Source: an uncultured Chloroflexia bacterium (GTDB lineage Bacteria; Chloroflexota; Limnocylindria; QHBO01). From it: a stretch of 64,000 nucleotides of DNA. The DNA is taken from NCBI GenBank assembly GCA_963814375.1, contig CAWFCQ010000008.1, positions 160,001 through 224,000 of the forward strand, in the 5' to 3' direction. Below the pieces are notes generated by a model. That model ran no database searches. It was not told the origin of the DNA and saw nothing but the letters and a program-made list of their open reading frames with translations. Positions 9,041 to 16,953 of the stretch are shown here, in pieces. The position numbers were made by a program, and so were the translations under genes. Position 1 is the first letter of the stretch. The number at the start of each line of letters is the position of its first letter.

Positions 9041-9994
9041 TCACCCGGCGCGAGCTGCCTGGCGCTCCAGCGTTCGTGACCGCTTCTCCTCGAAGCGTGT
9101 GGCCTGCGCGTCGAGGTCGGTGATGAATGCCCGCAGCTCGGCTCGGCGCATCTCGGCCGAGGGGGAGAGGTTCTCGAGCTCGAAGACGCCCCAGTGGTCG
9201 AGCAGCGGCCAGAGGACGTCGTCGTGATGAACGCGAAGGTCGTAGATGCCGGCCTTTGCCATCTGCGCCGCCTTCCGCGTGAAGTTCACCATGCCTGCGC
9301 CCGGCATCTGGAAGTCGAGCACCTCGTCGGCGATGGCGTGCACCGCCGCGGATGGATCCAGCTTGATCGCCTCGCCCAGCATGTCTCGGTAGAAGACCAT
9401 GTGAAGGTTCTCGTCCGCGGCGATGCGGGCCATGATGCGGTCCGCCACCGGGTCCGATGAGTAACGGCCGGTGTTGCGGTGGCTGATCCGCGTGGCGAGC
9501 TCCTGGAAGGCAACGTAGGCCAGTCCGCGCAGGACGTTGCCTCCGTCGTCGTGGTTGTAGGCGATCTGCAGCTGGTTCATCCGGGAGCGCTCGAGCGCGA
9601 CGGGATCGATGTTGCGGGTCACGACGAGGTAGTCGCGCAGGACGATGCCGTGGCGGCCCTCCTCGGCGGTCCATCGGTTCACCCAGTTGATCCATGGCCC
9701 GTCGCCGCGCCCGAACATCCGATGGATCTCCCGGTGGTACGAGGGCAGGTTGTCCTCGGTGAGGAGGTTCACCTCGAAGGCGACCTGCGCGACACCGCTG
9801 ATGCGGGGTTGGTCCGGCGTCCAGGGTTCCTTGTCGAAGTCGCGGCCCATCGAGTAGGGGATGTAATCGTGCGGGAACCACTCCTTGGCCATGTCGAGAT
9901 GGCGGTTGAGGAAGCGCTCGGCGGCAGGCTCGAGCTGGGCAAGGAGATCTGCGGGCGGGGTGAACGTGGGCTCAGGGATATTCGACGCTGTCAT
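9041..9994 (-). CDS. acyl-ACP desaturase (DesA1-like, diiron)
   Basis: LTEDNLPSYH, WTAEEGRH, FQELATRISH and AADENLH diiron motifs; FQMPG. Confidence 0.92.
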   Translation of the reverse strand: MTASNIPEPTFTPPADLLAQLEPAAERFLNRHLDMAKEWFPHDYIPYSMGRDFDKEPWTPDQPRISGVAQVAFEVNLLTEDNLPSYHREIHRMFGRGDGPWINWVNRWTAEEGRHGIVLRDYLVVTRNIDPVALERSRMNQLQIAYNHDDGGNVLRGLAYVAFQELATRISHRNTGRYSSDPVADRIMARIAADENLHMVFYRDMLGEAIKLDPSAAVHAIADEVLDFQMPGAGMVNFTRKAAQMAKAGIYDLRVHHDDVLWPLLDHWGVFELENLSPSAEMRRAELRAFITDLDAQATRFEEKRSRTLERQAARAG

Positions 9995-10046
9995 CGCGTC
10001 GAATCGTCGCACGAATCAGCCCGGGCTGCCGGGTAGCATGCAGTAC

Positions 10047-12080
10047 ATGACCGATTCCTTCGATTTCGACGCCTATCTGCGCCTGCCGCGCCTCTCCGGC
10101 CTGCGCGCCTCTCCCGACGGCAGCCGGCTGATCGTCACGGTCGGCCGGCCGGCGCCGGATGGCAAGAAGATGCACAGCTCGCTGTGGGAGATCGACGCCA
10201 CCGGCGACGAGCGACCACGACGACTGACGCGCTCCGCTCCCGGTGAGAGCTCCGCGGCATTCGCGCGAGACGGCTCGATCCTCTTCACCTCGTCGCGGCC
10301 AGATCCGGACAGGTCACCCGACGACGGCGGCGATGACGACGAGCCAAGTGGCCTCTGGCTGCTCCCCGCCAACGGTGGCGAGGCGCGGCTGCTGGCGGCG
10401 CCTTCCGGCGGTGTCGATGCGGTCGTCGCTGCACGCGACGCGGATGTGGTCGTCTACGCGGCATCCGTCTTCCCCGGCAGCGCCGATGCGGCCGCCGATC
10501 GTGAGCGGCACGCGGCGCGCAAGAAGGCGGGGGTCGAGGCCCTCCTCTTCGACACATTCCCGATCCGGCACTGGGACGCGTTCCACGGCCCGCGTGAGCG
10601 GCACCTGTACGCAGCGCCGATCCCGGGCGGGGAGGAACGCATCGGCGACGCAGTCGACCTGACGCCGACGGCCGGGTCGGCGCTGACCGAGCAGGAGTTC
10701 GACGTCACGCCCGATGGCGGAACGGTCGTCACCGGCCTGCTGACGCCGGACGACATCGGCAGGACCGACTTCGAGGTCGTCGCGATCGACCGCGCCACCG
10801 GCGAGCAGCGGCGGCTTGCCGGCGGCGAGGCGTGGTACCTCTCGCCGCGCTGCTCGCCCGACGGACGCTCCGTGGTCTGCGTGCGCCACGAGATCGACGT
10901 GCCGGAGCGGATCGGCGACGAGACTCTCTGGCTGGTGGACCTGGCCACCGGCGAGGGGCGCGATCTCACACCCGAGCTGGACGCCTGGCCTCAGCACCCG
11001 ACCTGGAGCCCCGACGGGGCATCGATCTGGTTCACCGCCGATCTTCGCGGCGCGGGGGGCGTGTACCGGCACGACCTCGCGTCCACAGAGACGACACTCG
11101 TCGCCGACGACGGAGCGTTCAGCGACCTGGCCCTCGAGGCCGCCGGCGGACCCGTCGCCCTGCGCGCCTCATACACCGAGCCGCCGGTTCCGGTGCGCCT
11201 GCCGTCCCAGGCGGCCGCCGGTTCCCGGCGCATCAGGACGTTCCCCGAGCTCGACGCCGAGGCGCTCGACGACGCCTTGCCGGCGCGTGCCGAGCGGCTC
11301 AGCGCATCGGCCCCCGACGGCCAGGAGATCGGCTCCTGGCTGCTCCTGCCGAAGGGGGCCACCGCCGATGCGCCCGTCCCGCTCGTCGTGTTCGTGCACG
11401 GCGGCCCGGTCGGGACATGGAACACGTGGAGCTGGCGCTGGAATCCGCAGCTGATGGCCGCGAAGGGTTACGCCGTGCTCCTGCCGGACCCCGCCATCTC
11501 GACGGGGTACGGCCATGCCTTCGTGCAGCGCGGCTGGGGCCGGTGGGGCGCGGAGCCTTACACCGACGTCATCGCCGCCGTCGACGCGGCGCTCGAGCGT
11601 CCCGAGCTCGACGGCGATCGGACGGCGCTCATGGGCGGCTCGTTCGGCGGCTACATGGCGAACTGGGTCGCCGGCTCGACCGAGCGGTTCAAGGGAATCG
11701 TCACGCACGCCAGCCTCTGGGAGCTTCGCGGCTTCCACGGGACGACCGACTACGGTCCGGACTGGGAGCGCGAGTTCGGCGATCCCTACGCCGATCCTTC
11801 ACGGTACGAGGAGTGGTCGCCGTCGCGCCTTCTGGCGAATATCCGAACGCCGATGCTCGTCATCCACGGCGAGCGTGACCTCCGCGTGCCGATCAGCGAG
11901 GCGCTGCGCCTCTGGACCGACCTGCGTCGCCACGGCGTGCCGGCACGGTTCCTCTACTACCCCGACGAGAACCACTGGATCCTGAAGCCGCAGAACGCGC
12001 GGCTCTGGTACGAGACGGTGTGGGCCTTCCTGGGTGAGCAGCTGCGCGGTGAGGAGTTCCAGCGACCGGCGCTGCTCTGA
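10047..12080 (+). CDS. S9 family (prolyl oligopeptidase/acylaminoacyl) peptidase
   Basis: N-terminal beta-propeller; VHGGP, GGSFGG nucleophile, HGERDLRVP, PDENHW. Confidence 0.93.
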   Translation: MTDSFDFDAYLRLPRLSGLRASPDGSRLIVTVGRPAPDGKKMHSSLWEIDATGDERPRRLTRSAPGESSAAFARDGSILFTSSRPDPDRSPDDGGDDDEPSGLWLLPANGGEARLLAAPSGGVDAVVAARDADVVVYAASVFPGSADAAADRERHAARKKAGVEALLFDTFPIRHWDAFHGPRERHLYAAPIPGGEERIGDAVDLTPTAGSALTEQEFDVTPDGGTVVTGLLTPDDIGRTDFEVVAIDRATGEQRRLAGGEAWYLSPRCSPDGRSVVCVRHEIDVPERIGDETLWLVDLATGEGRDLTPELDAWPQHPTWSPDGASIWFTADLRGAGGVYRHDLASTETTLVADDGAFSDLALEAAGGPVALRASYTEPPVPVRLPSQAAAGSRRIRTFPELDAEALDDALPARAERLSASAPDGQEIGSWLLLPKGATADAPVPLVVFVHGGPVGTWNTWSWRWNPQLMAAKGYAVLLPDPAISTGYGHAFVQRGWGRWGAEPYTDVIAAVDAALERPELDGDRTALMGGSFGGYMANWVAGSTERFKGIVTHASLWELRGFHGTTDYGPDWEREFGDPYADPSRYEEWSPSRLLANIRTPMLVIHGERDLRVPISEALRLWTDLRRHGVPARFLYYPDENHWILKPQNARLWYETVWAFLGEQLRGEEFQRPALL

Positions 12081-12091
12081 GGGACGTTGGG

Positions 12092-13363
12092 TTACGGGTA
12101 GAGACCGCGCAGGGAGGTTGCGTCCGCGACGCGCGCGACGGCGACCATCATCGCCGCGCTGCGCAGGTCGATCTTCTCGGTCTCGGCCATGGCCTGGATG
12201 CCGGCCATGGCGCTATCGACGATGCGGTCCATCTGGGCGGTGATCTCGTCCTCGGTCCAGAAGAAGGCCTGCATGTCCTGGACCCACTCGAAGTAGCCGA
12301 GGACCGTGCCGCCCGCTGTGCAGATGATGTCCGGGATGACGGTCACGCCGCTGTCGTGGAGGATGAGGTCGGCTGCCGGGGTCGTGCCGCCATTGGCGAT
12401 CTCGGCCACGATGCCGGCGCGGATCGAGCCCGCATTCGCGTCGGTCACCTCGCCCTGCAGGCCGGCGAGGGCGAGGATGTCGCAATCGAGCGCGAACAGC
12501 TCCGCCTTCGTGAGCGGCTCCGTGTCGGGCAGCCCGCGGATGGCGTCGTGCTCGCGCATCCACTCGACGGCGCGCTTCACGTCGATTCCGGCGCTGTTGG
12601 CGACCGCCTCGCGGTCATCGGCGATGCCGATCACGATCGCCCCGATCTCCGCCAGCTCTTCCGCCACCGTCATGCCGACCCGGCCGAAGCCCTGGATCGC
12701 GACCTTCGCGCCGCTGCAGGCGAAGCCCTGGGCGTTGGATATCGCCGCGATGCAGCGATACGCGCCACGTGCCGTCGCGCTGCGGCGCCCGCGCGTTCCG
12801 CCCACCTCGAGCGGCTTGCCGATGACCGAGGCGGCGACGGTGTGACCGCGGTGCATCGAGAGCGTGTCCATGATCCAGGACATCGTCTGCGAGCCGGTGT
12901 TGACGTCGGGGCTCGGGATGTCGCTGTCCGGACCGAGCAGAATGCCAATCTCTGTCGCGTAGCGGCGCGTCAGCCCCTGGCGCTCGTTGTCGCTCAGGCG
13001 GCGTGGGTTGACGCGGACGCCGCCGGCGGCACCGCCGAACGGGATCTCGACCAGCGCCGCCTTCCAGGTGTTGAGCATCGCCAACGCCCGGACCTCGTCG
13101 AGGTCGAGGTTCGGGACGTACCGAATGCCGCCGCTCGTCGGCCCGCGGTTCACGTTGTGGTGGACGCGGTATCCGGTATAGACCTCGACGTGACCGTCGT
13201 CGTGGGTGACCGGGAAGCTCACGGTGAGCTCGCGCTTCGGCACCCGCAGGACGCGGTGCATCCCATCGTCGAGATGGAGGCGCTCGGCCGCGGCGTCGAC
13301 CTCTCCCTGCGCGTTTGCCCAGATCCCGTTGGCCCGCGAGGTCGGCGGTTCGGAGGTCGTCAT
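12092..13363 (-). CDS. glutamate dehydrogenase paralogue with degenerate active site (putative regulatory subunit)
   Basis: Colinear with the GDH at 38992-40260 but has GPTSGG for GPAKGG, GGAAGG for GGGKGG and VLGYFEW for TVSYFEW. Retains TWK, PD and GFGRVG. Confidence 0.85.
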   Translation of the reverse strand: MTTSEPPTSRANGIWANAQGEVDAAAERLHLDDGMHRVLRVPKRELTVSFPVTHDDGHVEVYTGYRVHHNVNRGPTSGGIRYVPNLDLDEVRALAMLNTWKAALVEIPFGGAAGGVRVNPRRLSDNERQGLTRRYATEIGILLGPDSDIPSPDVNTGSQTMSWIMDTLSMHRGHTVAASVIGKPLEVGGTRGRRSATARGAYRCIAAISNAQGFACSGAKVAIQGFGRVGMTVAEELAEIGAIVIGIADDREAVANSAGIDVKRAVEWMREHDAIRGLPDTEPLTKAELFALDCDILALAGLQGEVTDANAGSIRAGIVAEIANGGTTPAADLILHDSGVTVIPDIICTAGGTVLGYFEWVQDMQAFFWTEDEITAQMDRIVDSAMAGIQAMAETEKIDLRSAAMMVAVARVADATSLRGLYP

Positions 13364-13489
13364 CGGCGAATAGGCTAGCGCCCCCATGCAAGTGCCCGGA
13401 ATGGCAAGATTGGCAAGTTCACTCCAGACCGATGCGCCGGCGGCCGACCAATGACCGACCGGACGTCCGACAACCCGAGGAGGTCCCCG

Positions 13490-14428
13490 ATGGCGCCACG
13501 CGTCATGACCGTGTCCGGGCCGATCCCGCCCGAGAAGCTGGGCTTCACGCTCCCGCACGAGCACACCGGCATCTACCTCTGGCACATCGAGAAGCGGTGG
13601 GACTACTGGGAGCTGACGCCGAACGAGGACCTCATCGCCGAGGAGCTGCGCGACTTCCGTCGCCGCGGCGGCGGAACGCTGGTCGACCTGACGCTGGATG
13701 GGGTCGGGCGTGACCCGCATCGGCTTCGGAGGCTCGCGGGCGTCACCGGCCTGAACATCGTGATGGGCACGGGCTGGTACCGCGGCGCGCACTACCCGGC
13801 CGAGGCGCTCATCGATCGCCGCACCGTGGACGACCTGGCGGCGGCGATGATCGCCGAGTTCGAGAACGGTGTCGCCGATACCGGCGTCCGGCCCGGAATC
13901 ATCGGCGAGATCGGCACCGACAAGCCGTGGGTCAGTGCTCTGGAGGAGCGGGTGCACCGCGCTGCGGCGCGCGCGTCGCTTGCCACCGGGATGGCGATCA
14001 CGACGCACGGCGTGCAGTCGGCGGTGGGACTGGCACAGCTGCGCATCTTCACCGACGAGGGGGTCGACCCCGCCCGCGTCGTCATCGGCCACGCCGACTC
14101 GTATCCCGATCTCGACTTCTACCTCGCCGTTCTCGACGCTGGAGCGAATCTCCAGTTCGACTTCCTCGGCCACCGATTCGGGACCGAGGAGTCGCTGGAG
14201 CCGCGCCTGGTCGAGATCGTGGTCGAGCTGCTCGAGCGCGAGTACACGGGGCAGCTCCTCCTCTCCCAGGACGTGTGCCACAACCGTCAGCTCAAGGCGA
14301 ACGGCGGCTTCGGCTACGTGTACCTCCACCAGCACTTCCTGCCGACCCTGCGGACTGCGGCGGTCGGGGAGGGGGAGATCCGGACGATGACCATCGACAA
14401 CCCGGCGCGGATCCTCACGCTCCCGTAG
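13490..14428 (+). CDS. phosphotriesterase-family (Php-like) amidohydrolase
   Basis: GAGGAGG SD; LPHEH, GIIGEIG, ITTH, VIGHAD, LLSQD, IDNPAR. Confidence 0.92.
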   Translation: MAPRVMTVSGPIPPEKLGFTLPHEHTGIYLWHIEKRWDYWELTPNEDLIAEELRDFRRRGGGTLVDLTLDGVGRDPHRLRRLAGVTGLNIVMGTGWYRGAHYPAEALIDRRTVDDLAAAMIAEFENGVADTGVRPGIIGEIGTDKPWVSALEERVHRAAARASLATGMAITTHGVQSAVGLAQLRIFTDEGVDPARVVIGHADSYPDLDFYLAVLDAGANLQFDFLGHRFGTEESLEPRLVEIVVELLEREYTGQLLLSQDVCHNRQLKANGGFGYVYLHQHFLPTLRTAAVGEGEIRTMTIDNPARILTLP

Positions 14429-14540
14429 CGGCCGTCACAATCAATCGCGGTCGCTGCACCAGAAGGCGCCTTCAGGCTGCGTTCCCGCGAGGAATCGCGA
14501 GCCTGCACGCCTAAGGAGCGCCCGCAGGCGCCGTTCGTGC

Positions 14541-14732
14541 GTGGCAGCCCGCGATAGATCGCGAGAACGACTCCTCAACGCCCTCTCTGGTGAATTCGCC
14601 GCGACAGATCGTGGTCCGCCGATATGTGGGCCAGGAATTCACGCGGATCGACTCTCCGGTGAAGTCCTGACCGATGGAACGGTCAGCACGGCACGAGATG
14701 GCCCGGCATGTGAAACTCCGTCCGATAGATCG
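14541..14732. repeat. four degenerate 21-23 nt direct repeats in an intergenic region
   Basis: GTGGCAGCCCGCGATAGATCG (14541), GTGAATTCGCCGCGACAGATCG (14590), GTGAAGTCCTGACCGATGGAACG (14659), GTGAAACTCCGTCCGATAGATCG (14710). Confidence 0.45.
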
Positions 14733-14777
14733 ACGAGCGGGCGGGCGCCAGACGCGCAGACCCGCTACCGTCCAATC

Positions 14778-15815
14778 GTGCCAGAGCCGCGTGATCCGGT
14801 CGGCGACCTGAGGCGCATCGCGCTGCTCCTGGAGGCGATGCAGGAGCCGAGCTACCGGGTGCGCGCCTTCCGCGGCGCCGCCACCGAGCTCGGCAAGCTC
14901 GGGCCTGAAGAGACCGCCAGGCGGGCAGCGGGCGGGAGCCTGCGCGAGCTGCCGGGCATCGGCGAGGTGACCGAGCGCACGATCCTCGAGAGCCTGCGTG
15001 GCGAGGAGCCGGTCTACCTGCGGCGGCTCGAGACGACCGATGGGACGCCGCTGGCGGAGGGTGCGGCGAAGCTGAAAGCCGCGCTTCGGGGCGACCTCCA
15101 TGCCCACACGCTGGCGTCGGATGGCGGCGCCACGATCCGGGAGATGGCGGAGACGGCGATCGAGCTGGGGCACGCGTACCTCGCCATCACCGACCACTCG
15201 CCGCGGCTGACCGTCGCCAACGGGCTCTCGCCCGAGCGGCTGCGCGGCCAGCTCGACGAGATCGCGAAGCTCAACGACGAGCTGAGCCCGTTCCGGATCC
15301 TGACCGGGATCGAGGTCGACATCAATGAGGACGGCACGCTGGACCAGGAGCCCGAGCTCCTCGCGCTGCTCGACGTCGTGGTGGGCAGCGTCCACTCCGA
15401 GCTGCGCATGGCCGAGCGCCCGATGACGGTCCGGATGGTCACCGCACTCGCCAATCCGAACCTCGACATCCTCGGCCACTGCACCGGGCGAATGAAGACG
15501 CGCAGGCGTGATCGACCGCCATCGGCCTTCGATCCGGAGCTCGTCTTCGCCGCCGCCACGCGGTTCGACAAGGCGATCGAGATCAACTCGCGGCCGGAGC
15601 GGCTCGATCCGCCGAAGCGCCTCCTGCGCCTGGCGGTGGAGGCAGGGTGCCGCGTCTCGATCGACTCCGACGCGCACAGCGAGGGGCAGCTTTTCTGGCT
15701 CGGCAACGGCTGTGAGCGCGGATTCCTGACCGGCGTCACCTCCGAGATGGTGGTGAACGCCCTGCCGCTTGACGAGCTGCTGGCCTGGACCGCATCCCAC
15801 GACGCGGCCGCCTGA
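14778..15815 (+). CDS. PHP-domain protein with N-terminal HhH (PolX-like, lacking the polymerase core)
   Basis: YRVRAFRGAA, ELPGIGEVT; GDLHAHT, ITDHS, GIEVDI, GSVHS, ILGH, EINS, DSDAH. Confidence 0.88.
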   Translation: MPEPRDPVGDLRRIALLLEAMQEPSYRVRAFRGAATELGKLGPEETARRAAGGSLRELPGIGEVTERTILESLRGEEPVYLRRLETTDGTPLAEGAAKLKAALRGDLHAHTLASDGGATIREMAETAIELGHAYLAITDHSPRLTVANGLSPERLRGQLDEIAKLNDELSPFRILTGIEVDINEDGTLDQEPELLALLDVVVGSVHSELRMAERPMTVRMVTALANPNLDILGHCTGRMKTRRRDRPPSAFDPELVFAAATRFDKAIEINSRPERLDPPKRLLRLAVEAGCRVSIDSDAHSEGQLFWLGNGCERGFLTGVTSEMVVNALPLDELLAWTASHDAAA

Positions 15816-15862
15816 GCGAGGCGCATACTGCTGCTCCCGATCCACCGCAAGGAGGCAGCCAT

Positions 15863-16066
15863 ATGTCCGTCGCCAGGGTGACCGAGCTTTCCTGCACATC
15901 GACCGAGAGCTTCGAGGATGCGATCCGCCAGGGGATCGACCGCGCCAACAAGACGCTGCGCGGCGTGAGGAGCGCGTGGGTCAAGGAGCAGCGCGTCGCC
16001 GTCACCAGCGATGGGGGAATGGAATTCCAGGCCAACATCCTGGTGACCTTCGTCCTCGACGACTAG
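15863..16066 (+). CDS. dodecin family protein
   Basis: AAGGAGG SD; SVARVTEL...SFEDAIRQGIDRANKTLRGVRSAWVKEQ...VTFVLD. Confidence 0.92.
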   Translation: MSVARVTELSCTSTESFEDAIRQGIDRANKTLRGVRSAWVKEQRVAVTSDGGMEFQANILVTFVLDD

Positions 16067-16101
16067 GCGAGGAATAGCCCGCTGGCGCGGGCACGCCGGG
16101 A

Positions 16102-16911
16102 TCAGTCGGCCAGGCCGATGCGTCCCTCGTCGCGCACGAAGCGCGACCGATAGGTCGGGTTGCTCACCCGCTGGCTGACCATGGCCGCATCCAGCGGCTT
16201 CCCGCTGCGCGGCGGTGCGTAGCGACCGCGGAGCACGATGGCACCTGCCAGCTCCGCGGCGGTCATCGGTCCCTGCTCGCGGATGACGGCGATCATCTCG
16301 TCGTGGAGCGCCACTCGCTCGCCACTCGGCTTGGCCTTGACGGTCTTTCGCCCCCGCCGCCGAGGCTCAGGGTCTGACTTCGCGGCTGCAGGCTCCGCCG
16401 CGGGCGCCGGCGTCTTGTCGGCGCTCGTCGAAGGCTCTGGCGCCTCTGGCGCGACAGGCTCGGGTGCGCTCACGCCGCCCGCGCCCTCCAGTGCGGCGAC
16501 CCGGGCGGTGAGCGCTTCCAGCATCGAGCGGAGGTCGGGACTCCCCGGAGCCGGCTCCATGCCGCGGGCGGCGTCGATGCGCTCTTCGACCCAGTGGCGA
16601 ACGAGATCGCCGGGGCGCTGATTGCTCTCGGCGGCCAGCTGCTTCAGGGTGCCGAGCCGTCGGGGATCGAGGCGGATCGACATGCCGCCCTCGTCGCGTG
16701 AGGAGTCGAAACGTGGCCGGCCGCCGCCCTGCGGTCGGTCGTCGCGGCTACCGACGTGCCGCTCGCGAGTATGCCAGCCGCCACCGCCCCCCTCGGGACG
16801 GCGCTGAGGTCGGTCGCCCCCGCCCCCGCGATCGCGACTGTCGTATCGGTCGCGGTCGCCGCGTCGGTCTGGTGGGCGTCTGTCGGGTGGTGGGCGTCGG
16901 TTGAAACTCAT
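16102..16911 (-). CDS. hypothetical DNA-binding protein (R/G/D-rich disordered N-terminus, RHH-like domain, linker, winged-helix-like C-terminus)
   Basis: MSIRLDPRRLGTLKQLAAESNQRPGDLVRHWVEERID resembles CopG/RHH. LHDEMIAVIREQGPMTAAELAGAI... resembles a wHTH. Confidence 0.6.
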   Translation of the reverse strand: MSFNRRPPPDRRPPDRRGDRDRYDSRDRGGGGDRPQRRPEGGGGGWHTRERHVGSRDDRPQGGGRPRFDSSRDEGGMSIRLDPRRLGTLKQLAAESNQRPGDLVRHWVEERIDAARGMEPAPGSPDLRSMLEALTARVAALEGAGGVSAPEPVAPEAPEPSTSADKTPAPAAEPAAAKSDPEPRRRGRKTVKAKPSGERVALHDEMIAVIREQGPMTAAELAGAIVLRGRYAPPRSGKPLDAAMVSQRVSNPTYRSRFVRDEGRIGLAD

Positions 16912-16953
16912 CGGTTTCAACGATACTCGCTGTTTAAACTTCGCGCCAGTCCG

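Noticed and set aside
14541-14732. CRISPR array interpretation of the spaced repeats
   Set aside because: Repeats are too divergent and unevenly spaced, and no cas genes are present. Kept only as a degenerate repeat.
14778-15815. PolX-like gene lacking the polymerase domain as a truncation or pseudogene
   Set aside because: Intact frame with all PHP metal ligands; HhH+PHP proteins of this size are a known stand-alone family.
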